Origin: an uncultured Candidatus Saccharibacteria bacterium
GTDB lineage: Bacteria; Patescibacteriota; Saccharimonadia; Saccharimonadales; JAGQNJ01
Reading direction: 5' to 3'
NCBI GenBank assembly: GCA_964426845.1
Contig: CAYRSA010000004.1
Location: forward strand, 61,845 to 125,844
Length of the DNA stretch: 64,000 nucleotides
The notes under the pieces were generated by a model. The model was not told the origin of the DNA and did no database searches. It was given only the letters and a program-made list of their open reading frames with translations. The translations under genes were made by a program, and so were the position numbers. Position 1 is the first letter of the stretch; each line of letters opens with the position of its first letter. This document shows, piece after piece, positions 1 to 10,774 of the stretch.

Positions 1-1329
1 ATCTAAAAAGCTGGCTGTTTGGCGCTGACGCTTGAGTACTGTATGGTAACTAACCGCAAAACGGTGCGACTCATCGCGGATCCTCTGCAGCAGCTTAACG
101 GTGTGTGACGACTTGGGTAGTAGAATCATGCTAAAGTCACCGTTGCTTTGACCGCCGTGTTTGGCTAGGCCTAAGTAATTAATCAGTGACTCTTTGTTGT
201 GAATGACAATTTCCTCTTCGCGCTTGGCCAGTCCAATCATGGGAATAGCTGGATATCCGGCAGCGTTGCGAGCCTTCAAAGCCGCGCTCAGCTGTCCCTT
301 GCCTCCGTCAATCAGAAACAGATCAGGCAGGCCCCATTGCTTAACATTCTTAGCGCTCAGCCGGCGCGAAATGGCTTCGTTCATATGGGCAAAATCATCG
401 TTGCCCGGTAGCCGCATTTTGAATTTGCGGTACTCAGCCTTGTTAGGCATGCCGTTAGTAAAGACCACCATACTGGCAGTGGTGTCGGTGCCGCTCATAT
501 GAGAAATGTCATAGCCCTCAATTCTTCGAGGTGGCTCATCTAAGCCCAGCAATGTGCCTAGCCCAGCCATACCCTCGTCCTTGCTGAGGTCCATGAATTC
601 TTTATCACTAAAAACTATTTGTTTAGTCAGACCTTTGAGAGCGAACAACTGTTTGCGATACCTAGCCGCCTCTTCAAAGTCTGATCGCTTGGCCGCCGCC
701 AACATATCCTTCTCGACTTGCTTGATCAGCACTTTGCGCTCGCCCTTGAAATACTGCATCAACTTGCGCAAGTTAGCTCTATACTCCTGCAGGCTGGTTT
801 TATCCTCTTCCAAGCCCGGGCAAAGACCCAGGTGATACTGCAAGCAGGCTCGCCGCGGCATAGTGCCAGTGTGAGTGGAGTATGGAAAAGCCCGCCGCAA
901 ATATAACAGAGCTTTCTTGACGCTAAACACGCTGAAGTATGGACCGAAGTACTTGGCGCCGTCATCCAGCGGTCGCCGAGTCACCGTGACTGTTGGATGC
1001 TTGGAGTTGTAGTCCACGCGAATAAAGCCACTACTCTTATCATCGCGTAGCAAAATGTTATAGCGAGGTTTATATCTCCGAATCAGCTCGGCCTCAAGGA
1101 ACAGGGCGTCCAGCTCGGTCTCCACCGTGATCCAGTCGACGGTCTCAATCTCGGCCACCAAAGCCTCGGTTTTAGGATCCGGCGTGCGGCTCTTCTGAAA
1201 ATACTGGCGAACCCGGTTCTTAAGCACTGCGGCTTTACCGACATAGATAATCTTGCCAGCCCGGTTTTTATACAGATAAACACCGGGGTCGCCGGGTAAA
1301 TCTTTAAGCCGCTTCGTATCAAAAGCCAT
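1..1329 (-). CDS. uvrC: Excinuclease ABC subunit C (3' end runs off the window)
   Basis: Manual translation from ATG 1329: MAFDTKRLKDLPGDPGVYLYKNRAGKIIYVGKAAVLKNRVRQYFQ (GIY-YIG), later CLQYHLGLCPG and RIEGYDISHMSG; absent from the ORF track because it has no stop in the window. Confidence 0.95.
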   Translation of the reverse strand, partial: MAFDTKRLKDLPGDPGVYLYKNRAGKIIYVGKAAVLKNRVRQYFQKSRTPDPKTEALVAEIETVDWITVETELDALFLEAELIRRYKPRYNILLRDDKSSGFIRVDYNSKHPTVTVTRRPLDDGAKYFGPYFSVFSVKKALLYLRRAFPYSTHTGTMPRRACLQYHLGLCPGLEEDKTSLQEYRANLRKLMQYFKGERKVLIKQVEKDMLAAAKRSDFEEAARYRKQLFALKGLTKQIVFSDKEFMDLSKDEGMAGLGTLLGLDEPPRRIEGYDISHMSGTDTTASMVVFTNGMPNKAEYRKFKMRLPGNDDFAHMNEAISRRLSAKNVKQWGLPDLFLIDGGKGQLSAALKARNAAGYPAIPMIGLAKREEEIVIHNKESLINYLGLAKHGGQSNGDFSMILLPKSSHTVKLLQRIRDESHRFAVSYHTVLKRQRQTASFLD

Positions 1330-1330
1330 A

Positions 1331-2212
1331 CTAGGCTCCAACGACTACAGCGCAGTCGGTGCTCTCGCAAACCGGTGTTTGGTCGCAGTTTTCACAGATT
1401 AGTACCAAGCGATTGCAGGCCACGTTACTGCAGTTTTCATAATTGCTGGTTTTGCCAGAGCAGTGCACGCACTCGCCGATGTCTTTAGATTTATCGGAAA
1501 AGCGGTGGACCATGCGGTCGTCAAAAATGTGCAGAGCCCCTTCCCACAGGCCATCATCGCCGTACTTCTCGCCGTATTTCACAATGCCGCCGTCTATCTG
1601 GTAGACATCCTTGAAGCCTCGGTTTTTCATTAATGTGCTCAGCACTTCGCAGCGAATACCGCCGGTGCAATAGGTGACCACTGGCTTGTCTTTGATGTCT
1701 TCGTATTTGTCAGACTCCAACTCTTTAATGAAGTCGTGGGTAGTCTTGGTGTCTGGCACGACGGCGTTTTTGAACTTGCCGATTTTGGCCTCGTAAGCGT
1801 TGCGGCCGTCGAAAAACACCACATCATCGTTTTCTTCAATAAGTTTATGAAGTTGAGCCGGTTTAAGGTGCTTCCCACCTCCCTTGACACCCTTGGCATC
1901 AACTTTGATCTCATCCGGTCGACCAAAAGCCACCAGCTCTGGCCGAACTTTGACGCTCAGCCGTGGGAATTCGTCGCCCGAGCCCTGGCTCCATTTATAA
2001 ACAATGCCTTTAAAAACCACCGACTTGTTCATCTCCGACTTGTATTGGCGCAAGGACTTCAGTGGCCCGCCCAGAGTGCCATTGATGCCGTGGGGGCTAA
2101 TAATAATCCGGCCTTTGAGGCCTAATCGGCTACACAATTCCCTCTGCCAGCGCATAGTCATAGCCGGGTCAGCAACCGGTACAAATTTGTAATATAAAAT
2201 CACCTTTTCCAT
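1331..2212 (-). CDS. trhO: Rhodanese-related tRNA uridine(34) hydroxylase (YceA/TrhO family)
   Basis: LYYKF, GRIIISPHGINGT, DGRNAYE, YCTGGIRCE, GGIVKY motifs; start moved to MEKV at 2212. Confidence 0.9.
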   Translation of the reverse strand: MEKVILYYKFVPVADPAMTMRWQRELCSRLGLKGRIIISPHGINGTLGGPLKSLRQYKSEMNKSVVFKGIVYKWSQGSGDEFPRLSVKVRPELVAFGRPDEIKVDAKGVKGGGKHLKPAQLHKLIEENDDVVFFDGRNAYEAKIGKFKNAVVPDTKTTHDFIKELESDKYEDIKDKPVVTYCTGGIRCEVLSTLMKNRGFKDVYQIDGGIVKYGEKYGDDGLWEGALHIFDDRMVHRFSDKSKDIGECVHCSGKTSNYENCSNVACNRLVLICENCDQTPVCESTDCAVVVGA

Positions 2213-2241
2213 CAGATACATTCTAGCAAATCACCTCTGTT

Positions 2242-2270
2242 TTGTCATCTATTGACATTAGTGGTATAAT
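2242..2270 (+). promoter_or_regulatory. Sigma70-type promoter of the ABC exporter operon
   Basis: TTGTCA (2242-2247), 17 nt spacer, TG-extended TATAAT (2265-2270). Confidence 0.7.
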
Positions 2271-2302
2271 TAACAGATTGTAAACTAAAGGAAAGGCGAC
2301 AA

Positions 2303-2377
2303 ATGGTATTCAAACCAATCACAACAGAGACAGACATGCTTGTCGCCGACGCGCGCTTTGCGTTCCTTGCCTCGTAA
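2303..2377 (+). CDS. Putative 24-aa leader peptide MVFKPITTETDMLVADARFAFLAS
   Basis: AAGGAAAGG SD, ATG 2303, TAA 2377; lies between the promoter and the first ABC gene. Confidence 0.55.
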   Translation: MVFKPITTETDMLVADARFAFLAS

Positions 2378-2412
2378 TTCCAAAACCCAAACTTTTAAAA
2401 CATTATATGAAT

Positions 2413-2438
2413 TAGGCAGCCGAGGAGGGCTGTTCCTA
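2413..2438 (+). promoter_or_regulatory. Hairpin enclosing the RBS and first base of the ABC gene start codon
   Basis: TAGG-CAGCC-[GAGGAG]-GGCTG-TT-CCTA(TG). Confidence 0.55.
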
Positions 2439-4219
2439 TGCTAGAGAAAAAATCAACTGCCATGCAGACAGTCAAGCTGTTTTGGCACCATGCCAGCCGC
2501 CACCCAGGTTTAGTGACCGGTTCGCTAGTGTCGATGCCTTTAAATGTCTTCTTCAACCACTTTCTACCCCCACTTGTCGTAGCCAGTATCTTGCAACGCT
2601 TGTCGGAAGGCGATTATGTCAGTGGCGAAGTTTGGGCTAGCTTCGGGCCGGCCTTAGTCCTGTATTTCTTTCTGATGGCTTTTAGTTCTATCGGCTGGCG
2701 AGCTGTCGACTATTTTATGTGGCGTCTTGAGGCTCGAGTTAGCCGCAGTCTTGCCCAATCTGTCTTTGCTAACTTACTCAACCAGAGTGCTGATTTTCAC
2801 GCCAATAGTTTTAGCGGCTCACTAGTGTCGCAGACCAACAAGCTGATTGGAGCCTACAACCGCGTGGCCGAAACAACCATTTATCAAGTATTGCCCTTAC
2901 TCTGGGGTCTGATCTTCACATCGATATTACTTATAAACCGCGCTCCCATATTCGTGGTGGCCTTTTGGGTGCTAGCACTTGCTTATGTGGTTATTGCAGT
3001 CTATGTTACCCGACCAGCTCGTAAGCAATCTGCTTTGCATGCCGCGGCTGAAAGTCGGCAAACAGGTTACTTAGCAGATGCGATAAGTAATGTCATGGCT
3101 ATCAAAAGCTACGCTGGTAAACAGCATGAAGCCACTGGCTTTGCCCGAGTAACCAAAGAAACCTACGACTCGCTATTCCGGCTAGCCCATACCTTGCAGA
3201 TACAGATGTGGTACTTCTCGGCCCTGGCCCGTATATTCCAGGTTGTGGCCCTAGTTTCAGCAGTAATTAGTGTCGTGGTATTCGATGCCAACATCGCCAC
3301 AGTTTTCCTGGTGCTAAGCTTTTCATCACAACTGGCCGACCAACTATTTACCTTTAGCAACAACTCTATCCGTAACTATACCAGGGCCTTTGGGGATGCC
3401 CAGGAAATGACTGAGATCCTGAGGCTAACCCCAGAAATATTAGACCCAGAAAACCCCGAACCAGTGACCATCAAGGATGGAAAAATTGAGTTCCAGGACG
3501 TTACCTTCACTCATACCGGAACCAACGATGCCTTGTTCAGCGATCTTAGTCTGTCCATCAAACCGGGTGAAAAAGTTGGTCTTGTCGGGCACTCAGGTTC
3601 CGGAAAAACAACTTTTACCCGATTGCTGCTGCGGTTTAGCGACATCGATGGCGGTGCTATCAAGCTCGACGATCAAGATATTCGCGCCATCACCCAAGAC
3701 GACCTCCACAAGAAGATCGCTTATGTACCGCAAGAGCCTCTAATGTTCCACCGCTCTCTAGCTGATAACATCCGTTATGGTAACTTTTCAGCCAGCCAGA
3801 AAGAAATTGAAAGAGTGGCCAAGTTAGCCCATGCCGACGACTTCATAAAGGATCAACCCAAAGGCTATGAAACCTTAGTGGGCGAACGCGGCGTCAAGCT
3901 TTCTGGTGGCCAACGTCAACGAATTGCCATTGCTCGGGCTATGCTTAAAGACGCTCCGATTTTGCTACTTGATGAAGCTACCTCCGCCCTGGACTCCGAA
4001 AGCGAAGTCCTAATTCAGGATGCCCTATGGAAGTTGATGGAGGGACGTACAGCCATTGTCATTGCCCACCGTCTCAGTACCATTCAGAAAATGGACCGCA
4101 TTGTGGTCATGGATAATGGTAGTATTGTTGAAGAGGGTACCCACAAAGAGCTGATTGCCAAAAAGGGTGTCTACGCTAGCCTTTGGGATCACCAAACCGG
4201 TGGTTTCATCGAGGAATAA
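2438..4219 (+). CDS. ABC exporter, fused TMD + ATPase (MsbA/multidrug type)
   Basis: N-terminal TM helices; GHSGSGKT, LSGGQRQR, LLLDEATSALD, AHRLST. Confidence 0.93.
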   Translation: MLEKKSTAMQTVKLFWHHASRHPGLVTGSLVSMPLNVFFNHFLPPLVVASILQRLSEGDYVSGEVWASFGPALVLYFFLMAFSSIGWRAVDYFMWRLEARVSRSLAQSVFANLLNQSADFHANSFSGSLVSQTNKLIGAYNRVAETTIYQVLPLLWGLIFTSILLINRAPIFVVAFWVLALAYVVIAVYVTRPARKQSALHAAAESRQTGYLADAISNVMAIKSYAGKQHEATGFARVTKETYDSLFRLAHTLQIQMWYFSALARIFQVVALVSAVISVVVFDANIATVFLVLSFSSQLADQLFTFSNNSIRNYTRAFGDAQEMTEILRLTPEILDPENPEPVTIKDGKIEFQDVTFTHTGTNDALFSDLSLSIKPGEKVGLVGHSGSGKTTFTRLLLRFSDIDGGAIKLDDQDIRAITQDDLHKKIAYVPQEPLMFHRSLADNIRYGNFSASQKEIERVAKLAHADDFIKDQPKGYETLVGERGVKLSGGQRQRIAIARAMLKDAPILLLDEATSALDSESEVLIQDALWKLMEGRTAIVIAHRLSTIQKMDRIVVMDNGSIVEEGTHKELIAKKGVYASLWDHQTGGFIEE

Positions 4220-4221
4220 AT

Positions 4222-6027
4222 ATGGAAGAACAACAGTCGGTATCACTAACTAGACGAGTCGCCCTAAGCATCCGAATGCTGAAGACCAGCTGGCAGTTGC
4301 GACCCATGGGTGTCTTTATCTTCTTTGTAGGAGCTTTTATGGAAATCGGTGGTTTCATTCTGTCGGTTTACGCAACGGCCCGTCTGGGAGCTTTAGTAGC
4401 TGCCTTCATCACCAACAACCAGACCGATGGCATCTGGCTTTGGTTATGGGTAGATATCGCAGCTGCCCTAGTTATCGCATTTGGCTTTCTACTTATGAGC
4501 ATAGCCAAGAGATTGCTCTATTTCTCGTTCGTCCGCTGGTCAACCAACAAGTTCTTAGCGGCCGTATCTGACCTTGACATGCCTGATTTCTACAACGAAA
4601 AAAAACGTAATCAGCTTAATAAGGTTGGTGGCGCATATACCTGGCAACTTCCCAACTTGTCTGATGCCAACCTTGACCTGATCTATGGCATTATGCGCTT
4701 TTTGGCTATCACTATTGTGGTCGCTCAGATTACCTGGTGGATTGTACCAATGATTGCTCTATTTTTGGTCCCTACTTTGATCGCCGAAGGCCGCCTGGCT
4801 AAGTTACAATGGTTTGTCTGGGATCAAAAGGGCGACCAACGGCACGTTTTCTGGGGTCTGGATTACATTATCAAGCAGGCCAAAGGCCAAATGGAATTAC
4901 GTAGCACCCAAGCGCGAAATTACGTTTTGAATAAAGTAGATAGTATGAACCTGGACTTTTACAAAACTCAGGAAACCCAGTTCAAAAAGGCTAATCGCGT
5001 GATGGTATTCACCAAGATACTAGAGGTAGCCGGCACGGCTATTGGCTCAATTGTCCTACTAAAACAATTGTTAGCCAGGACCATAAGTCTAGAAAGGTAT
5101 TTCTTCCTGTCTGGAGCCCTGTTGCGTGTTGGCGGAGCTCTGAACGCCATTTTCGGCACCCTATCGCGCATGCAGGAGATGTTGCTGTTCGCCGACAGCT
5201 ACTTCTTACTTGTCGATGCCGAACCGCAAATTGTCGATAAACCCAAGGCTATCGCAATCCCCGCCAAGCGCGTGCCACGGATTGAGTTTCGAGATGTCTG
5301 CTTCACTTATCCTGAACATACTGACCCCATTTTCACAGAATTAAATTTAACCATCGAGCCCGGTGAGCATCTAGCCATCGTTGGTGAAAATGGTGCCGGT
5401 AAAAGTACTCTGATTAAATTACTGTTGCGCTTTTACGTACCTGATTCAGGCCAGATTATGATCGATGGCCAGGATATACGCGATATCGAGATTGAATCTT
5501 GGTACGAACAAGTCGCCACTCTATTTCAAGATTTCAACCACTACCCACTACCCATTGATGAAAACATCTTTATTGGGAGGTCGGATCAAAAACATGATAA
5601 AAAAGCCATGGAACAAGCTGCCAAAACTAGTGGCGTCACCTCATTCGTCAATAGATACGAGCACGGTTGGGACACCGTTTTAGATAGCAGCTTCAAAAAG
5701 GGGGTTGAACCCAGCGGCGGCCAATGGCAAAGAGTCGCTCTGGCTCGGGCTTTTTATCGTCAAGCTAATTTACTGATATTGGATGAACCGACTTCGGCCA
5801 TTGACGCACGGGCCGAGTACGAAATCTTCAACAATATTTTTACTCACTTTGAAAATAAGTCGGCCATTATTGTCAGTCATCGCTTTAGTACTGTTCGCCG
5901 AGCTGACCGTATTGTCATCCTGGAGCACGGCAAGATCGTTGAGCAAGGTACCCACCAAGAACTGATGAAGAACCATGGCGGCACCTACCGTGATATGTTT
6001 GAGAAACAAGCCGAAGGCTACCGCTAG
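4222..6027 (+). CDS. ABC exporter, fused TMD + ATPase
   Basis: GENGAGKS, PSGGQWQR, LILDEPTSAID, SHRFST; start MEEQ at 4222 after GAGGA. Confidence 0.92.
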   Translation: MEEQQSVSLTRRVALSIRMLKTSWQLRPMGVFIFFVGAFMEIGGFILSVYATARLGALVAAFITNNQTDGIWLWLWVDIAAALVIAFGFLLMSIAKRLLYFSFVRWSTNKFLAAVSDLDMPDFYNEKKRNQLNKVGGAYTWQLPNLSDANLDLIYGIMRFLAITIVVAQITWWIVPMIALFLVPTLIAEGRLAKLQWFVWDQKGDQRHVFWGLDYIIKQAKGQMELRSTQARNYVLNKVDSMNLDFYKTQETQFKKANRVMVFTKILEVAGTAIGSIVLLKQLLARTISLERYFFLSGALLRVGGALNAIFGTLSRMQEMLLFADSYFLLVDAEPQIVDKPKAIAIPAKRVPRIEFRDVCFTYPEHTDPIFTELNLTIEPGEHLAIVGENGAGKSTLIKLLLRFYVPDSGQIMIDGQDIRDIEIESWYEQVATLFQDFNHYPLPIDENIFIGRSDQKHDKKAMEQAAKTSGVTSFVNRYEHGWDTVLDSSFKKGVEPSGGQWQRVALARAFYRQANLLILDEPTSAIDARAEYEIFNNIFTHFENKSAIIVSHRFSTVRRADRIVILEHGKIVEQGTHQELMKNHGGTYRDMFEKQAEGYR

Positions 6028-6030
6028 GTA

Positions 6031-6729
6031 CTACTCTTCTTCAGACTTGTCTTTGGCCTCAGCCTTGGAGTCAGCATCACCCTCACCGGCCTCGCCACCT
6101 TCACTTTCGGCGCCTTCAGCACCTTCTTCGCCTTCGGCAGCCTCAGCGGCTTCATCCTCTTCAGATACCTGAGCAGGCGTCTCTTCAACTACGGCAATTC
6201 CGTGTTCTGGTTCGGTTAGGACGGTGATTCCTTCTGGAATCTGTAAGTCAGCTACTGTAATCTTGTCGCCGATTTCTACCAAGCCTTCAACGCTAACTTT
6301 AATCTCGTCAATAAGATCTCGAGGTAGAGCCTTAACCTGGACATGATCCAATTGTCGGATGATTAGCAATGAGGCTTTTTCAGCCGGCGCGTCGCCGTCA
6401 AAGACCACTGGCACTTCGGTTTCAACTTCTTCGTTTTGCCTAATCGCCCCGAAAACCACGTGTCGCAGTTTGTGCTTTTTGGGCTCAAAACTGATATCTT
6501 TAATAATCGTCAAAAACTTTTGGTCGCCAACGGTAACATCAACGGCGTGGTGCTTACCGGCTTTATTAAAAAGCTTGACCAGATCCATGTAATTACCCTG
6601 GGCAATCACCGACTCTTGGCCGTGATTATGAACTACCACCGGCACGATACCGTCTCGCTTTAATTGACCTAGGCCTTTGCCGACAGTTTTGCGCTCTTGA
6701 AGCGTGATGGCGATATGTTCCTTACTCAA
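6031..6729 (-). CDS. rplY: 50S ribosomal protein L25/Ctc (long form, acidic tail)
   Basis: RKTVGK..LKRDGIVP N-terminus, IGDKITVADL TL5-type domain; TTG start with AAGGAG SD. Confidence 0.92.
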   Translation of the reverse strand: MSKEHIAITLQERKTVGKGLGQLKRDGIVPVVVHNHGQESVIAQGNYMDLVKLFNKAGKHHAVDVTVGDQKFLTIIKDISFEPKKHKLRHVVFGAIRQNEEVETEVPVVFDGDAPAEKASLLIIRQLDHVQVKALPRDLIDEIKVSVEGLVEIGDKITVADLQIPEGITVLTEPEHGIAVVEETPAQVSEEDEAAEAAEGEEGAEGAESEGGEAGEGDADSKAEAKDKSEEE

Positions 6730-6874
6730 AATTCTTTCTCCTTAAATTCGTCTGCCCATTGTAACAAAGATTGAGCAGTTTGTCACCTCTGGTGACCAAA
6801 AGGAGTCCGGAACCAAAATTAGCTATCCAGGTCACGGCAGGCAATCGGCTAAAGTTTTGCTATACTGGTTCTAC

Positions 6875-7525
6875 ATGTTTGATGTTAACGCCATTGTCGG
6901 TGCCGGAATCTTCGTAGTTGCAGCTGTTATTTTTGCCGAATCAGGCTTGCTTATTGGTTTCTTTTTGCCGGGCGACACCCTGTTATTCAGCGCCGGCTTG
7001 ATAGCTTCCCAGGGCGAAGTTTCTCTGCCTTGGCTAATCGTGGTAACATCTTTGGCCGCTATTGTTGGTGATAATGTCGGTTACAGCATAGGCCGCCGCG
7101 CAGGCCCCCGAATTTTTAAGAAAAAGGACGGCATTCTTTTTCACCAAGATCACTTACAAAGAGCTGAAAAATTCTATGAGACCCACGGTGGCAAAACCAT
7201 AACTATCGCCAGGTTTGTGCCAGTTGTACGCACTTTCGCCCCAGTAGTAGCTGGAGCTGGCAAAATGCCCCGTAAACGCTTCATGATATACAACGTAACT
7301 GGCGGTATCTTTTGGTGCACCAGTATGATTTTGCTGGGCTATTGGCTGGGTAGCAAAATCCCCGGCCTGGATCACTACATCGAGTACGTGCTAATTGCGG
7401 TTATTGTTATCAGCCTGTTGGGCTCCTTTGCTCATGTCCTTCGGGACGGCAAGACTCGCAAAGCTATGTGGGCCGGCATTAAAAACCAAGCCAGCAAAGT
7501 CGCCCTCAACAAAAAGGTTGATTAG
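6875..7525 (+). CDS. DedA/VTT family membrane protein
   Basis: FAESGLLIGFFLPGDTLLF, GDNVGY, ARFVPVVRTFAP motifs. Confidence 0.93.
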   Translation: MFDVNAIVGAGIFVVAAVIFAESGLLIGFFLPGDTLLFSAGLIASQGEVSLPWLIVVTSLAAIVGDNVGYSIGRRAGPRIFKKKDGILFHQDHLQRAEKFYETHGGKTITIARFVPVVRTFAPVVAGAGKMPRKRFMIYNVTGGIFWCTSMILLGYWLGSKIPGLDHYIEYVLIAVIVISLLGSFAHVLRDGKTRKAMWAGIKNQASKVALNKKVD

Positions 7526-7911
7526 TCTGCTTCTGTAAACTTGAGAGCCTGTTCGAGAAAGAGTTTCGGTCGGTAGCCGTTGGAGTCGATTTTTTTGGCT
7601 ATCTCGCTACCTGGACCGGTGAAGCAATGTCTCATCATTTTTCTGGTTGCTAGTATGTCAGCATGCCCCCGAGCCGTAGACTCGTCGACACCAACACTAC
7701 AAAAGGCTCTGGTAACTTCCTCGTATATCGAGGTTTGTTCCTCTGGTGGTCTTTGCTCCTCGGCAATGCCGGCACAAATAACTAATAGCTTGGCGCCAGT
7801 CAAAGCTCTTTCCGGCGATGCACTACCTTGCTCTGCGTGAGCCACTAAGAAACCGGCTAAGGCCTGCTCTGTTTGAGCAATAAGCTCTGGGTCTATCTCC
7901 GGACGATTCAT
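7522..7911 (-). CDS. Hypothetical protein (129 aa)
   Basis: Fills the dedA-uvrA gap; TGTTATAAT 6 nt upstream of the ATG. Confidence 0.65.
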   Translation of the reverse strand: MNRPEIDPELIAQTEQALAGFLVAHAEQGSASPERALTGAKLLVICAGIAEEQRPPEEQTSIYEEVTRAFCSVGVDESTARGHADILATRKMMRHCFTGPGSEIAKKIDSNGYRPKLFLEQALKFTEAD

Positions 7912-7918
7912 AGATATA

Positions 7919-10729
7919 TTATAACACAGTTGTCAAGTATTTACCAGTGTAGGATTGTTTGTTTTTGGCCACATTTTCGGGAGTACCTTCGGCAATAACT
8001 TGGCCACCGCCACTGCCACCTTCCGGTCCCATATCGATGATATGATCAGCCGACTTAATGACGTCTAAGTTGTGTTCTATTACCACCATGCTGTTGCCGG
8101 CATCAACAAGGGCGTGCAGAACTTGCAGAAGCTTGCTAACATCGGCCATGTGCAAGCCGGTGGTCGGTTCATCCAGAATATACAGCGTGCGGCCAGTTGG
8201 ACGACGTGACAATTCGGTAGCTAGTTTAACGCGCTGAGCCTCACCACCCGACAAAGTCGTAGCCGATTGGCCGAGGGCAATATACCCCAGGCCAACGTCT
8301 ACCAAAGTCTGCAGTTTTCGAGCGATGGCCGGGATGTTGGCAAAGAACTCCAGAGCCTGCTCGCAGGTCATCTCTAAAATGTCGGCGATAGTTTTCTCTT
8401 TGTAGTGTATTTCTAGAGCCTCTTTATTGTAACGTTTGCCGTGGCAGACTTCGCAGGCCACGTAAACGTCCGGTAGAAAGTGCATCTCGATCTTGATGAT
8501 GCCGTCGCCAGCGCAATTTTCACAGCGCCCACCCTTGACGTTGAAGCTAAAGCGGCCTGGGCCATAGCCCCTGATTTTAGACTCTGGAACCGAGGCAAAT
8601 AACTCGCGGATGGGTGTGAATAAGCCAGTATAAGTCGCTGGGTTGGACCGGGGCGTACGGCCAATCGGCGACTGATCGATAATAATCGCTTTGTCTAAGT
8701 TCTCCATACCCAAGATTTCATCATGGCGGCCAGGCACGGTATTGGCCCGGTGCAATCTGGCCGTCAACTCTTTAGCTAGGATGTCGTTAATTAATGACGA
8801 CTTGCCGCTGCCCGAGACACCACTTACCACCACTAGTTCGCCTAGAGGAATATCGACGCTGATATTTTGCAGGTTGTGTTCGCGGGCGCCGGTGATGGAG
8901 ATAGTTTTGCCATTGCCAGACCGGCGCCTTTTCGGAGTTTCGACTTTTTTCTCGCCACGCAGGTACTGTCCGGTGATACTTTTAGGATTCTTGGCTACTT
9001 TGTCCGGCGTGCCTTCGGCTACGACATGACCACCGTGGATTCCGGCGCCCGGACCGATGTCTAGTAGATAGTCGGCTGTTCGGATAGTGTCTTCGTCGTG
9101 TTCAACCACAATTACAGTGTTGCCGAGATCGCGCAGGTGCTTCAAGGTTTTAATTAGCCGAGCATTATCACGCTGGTGCAAACCGATCGACGGCTCATCC
9201 AAAACATACAGCACGCCCATCAGGCCAGAGCCGATCTGGGTGGCTAATCGAATCCGCTGAGCCTCGCCACCGGATAAAGTCGTGGCGCTGCGGGCCAACG
9301 TCAAATAATTAAGACCGACCTCTTTCAAGAAACTGATCCTGGCGCAGATTTCCTTGATCACCTGCTCGGCAATGTGAGCATCTTTTTTGTTAAGTTTTAA
9401 CCCCTCGAAGAACTCCACCGCCTCGTCAACTGAGAAATCACAAATGTCGATAATTGACACATTGGCCACGGTGATGGCCAGAACCTCAGGCTTCAGCCGC
9501 TTACCCTGACAAGCTTGGCAAGGCCGCAGTTGCATAAAGCGTTCAATGTCTCGGCGCATAAAATCGGACTCTGTTTCTTTGTGGCGACGCTCCAGGTTGG
9601 GTACCACACCTTCGTATGTACTCTCAAAGGTCCGACCACTACCTAGGCTGACCCGGTAAGTCTGGTCGCCGGTGCCGTACATCAATTTATCAAGGTCGGC
9701 TTGCTTTAACTGGCCAGTTGGCACGTGCAAGCTAAAACCATGAGCCTCAGCCACCGCCGCCATCTTCTTCATATACCAGGCATCGGTGTTGATACGGTTA
9801 TAGGGACGGATAGCGCCCTCGGCGATAGTTAGTCGACCGTTAGGAATGACTAACTCGGGGTCAACTTCCATACGAGTACCCAGACCGGTGCAGACTGGGC
9901 AAGCACCAAACGGTGAGTTGAAACTGAAAGTCCGAGGCTCGAGTTCCGGAATCAAAACATCAGGATGATCAATACAGGCATACATTAAGCTGTATTGGCT
10001 GTCGGTCTTGGCGTCGGCGTTGTGGATGGTTAGCTTGCCATCAGCCAGCTCTAGAGCCTGTTCAATTGACTGGACCATACGCCCCTGGCTATCATCATTG
10101 TTGACCAAGCGGTCCACCACCACTTCGATAGTGTGTTTTTTAGCCTTGTCCAGGTCCGGGAATTCATCCAGAGCATAAATAACCCCGTCTACCCTTGCCC
10201 TGGCAAAGCCACCGCGCATAAATTGCTCTGGCACATGCTCGAAGGCGCCTTTTTTCTCGATCACTACAGGTGCCAAGACAATCAACTTGGCATCCTTAGT
10301 TTGAGCTTTAACCTGCGAGATGATATCAGCGGCCGTTTGCTTGGACACCGGTTTGCCACAGACCGGACAGTGCGGCGTGCCGATTCGAGCAAATAACAAA
10401 CGTAAGTAGTCATAGATCTCGGTTACTGTGGCCACGGTCGAGCGCGGGTTGCGCGAGGTCGATTTTTGATCAATCGAAATAGCCGGACTCAGTCCATCGA
10501 TTTGATCAACATCGGGCTTTTCCATGAGACCCAGGAACTGGCGGGCGTAAGAGCTAAGACTCTCGACGTACCGTCTTTGTCCCTCAGCATAAATAGTGTC
10601 GAAAGCCAGACTGGACTTACCCGACCCAGATAAGCCAGTGATAACAATCAGCTTTTCGCGCGGAATCTCCACCGAAATATTCTTCAGGTTGTGTTCGCGG
10701 GCCCCTTTAACAACTATTTTCTCGCTCAT
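7919..10729 (-). CDS. uvrA: Excinuclease ABC subunit A
   Basis: GAREHNLKN, two Walker A ([16 protein letters not shown]), Zn fingers, LSGGEAQR twice. Confidence 0.98.
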   Translation of the reverse strand: MSEKIVVKGAREHNLKNISVEIPREKLIVITGLSGSGKSSLAFDTIYAEGQRRYVESLSSYARQFLGLMEKPDVDQIDGLSPAISIDQKSTSRNPRSTVATVTEIYDYLRLLFARIGTPHCPVCGKPVSKQTAADIISQVKAQTKDAKLIVLAPVVIEKKGAFEHVPEQFMRGGFARARVDGVIYALDEFPDLDKAKKHTIEVVVDRLVNNDDSQGRMVQSIEQALELADGKLTIHNADAKTDSQYSLMYACIDHPDVLIPELEPRTFSFNSPFGACPVCTGLGTRMEVDPELVIPNGRLTIAEGAIRPYNRINTDAWYMKKMAAVAEAHGFSLHVPTGQLKQADLDKLMYGTGDQTYRVSLGSGRTFESTYEGVVPNLERRHKETESDFMRRDIERFMQLRPCQACQGKRLKPEVLAITVANVSIIDICDFSVDEAVEFFEGLKLNKKDAHIAEQVIKEICARISFLKEVGLNYLTLARSATTLSGGEAQRIRLATQIGSGLMGVLYVLDEPSIGLHQRDNARLIKTLKHLRDLGNTVIVVEHDEDTIRTADYLLDIGPGAGIHGGHVVAEGTPDKVAKNPKSITGQYLRGEKKVETPKRRRSGNGKTISITGAREHNLQNISVDIPLGELVVVSGVSGSGKSSLINDILAKELTARLHRANTVPGRHDEILGMENLDKAIIIDQSPIGRTPRSNPATYTGLFTPIRELFASVPESKIRGYGPGRFSFNVKGGRCENCAGDGIIKIEMHFLPDVYVACEVCHGKRYNKEALEIHYKEKTIADILEMTCEQALEFFANIPAIARKLQTLVDVGLGYIALGQSATTLSGGEAQRVKLATELSRRPTGRTLYILDEPTTGLHMADVSKLLQVLHALVDAGNSMVVIEHNLDVIKSADHIIDMGPEGGSGGGQVIAEGTPENVAKNKQSYTGKYLTTVL

Positions 10730-10774
10730 ACGTGGAGCGGATTGTACCAAATTTTTGGGTTTTTTTCCAGTGCC

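Noticed and set aside
199-1370. Short ORFs listed in the track over 199-1370
   Set aside because: Shadow or alternate frames of uvrC, which the track missed because it is truncated by the window edge.
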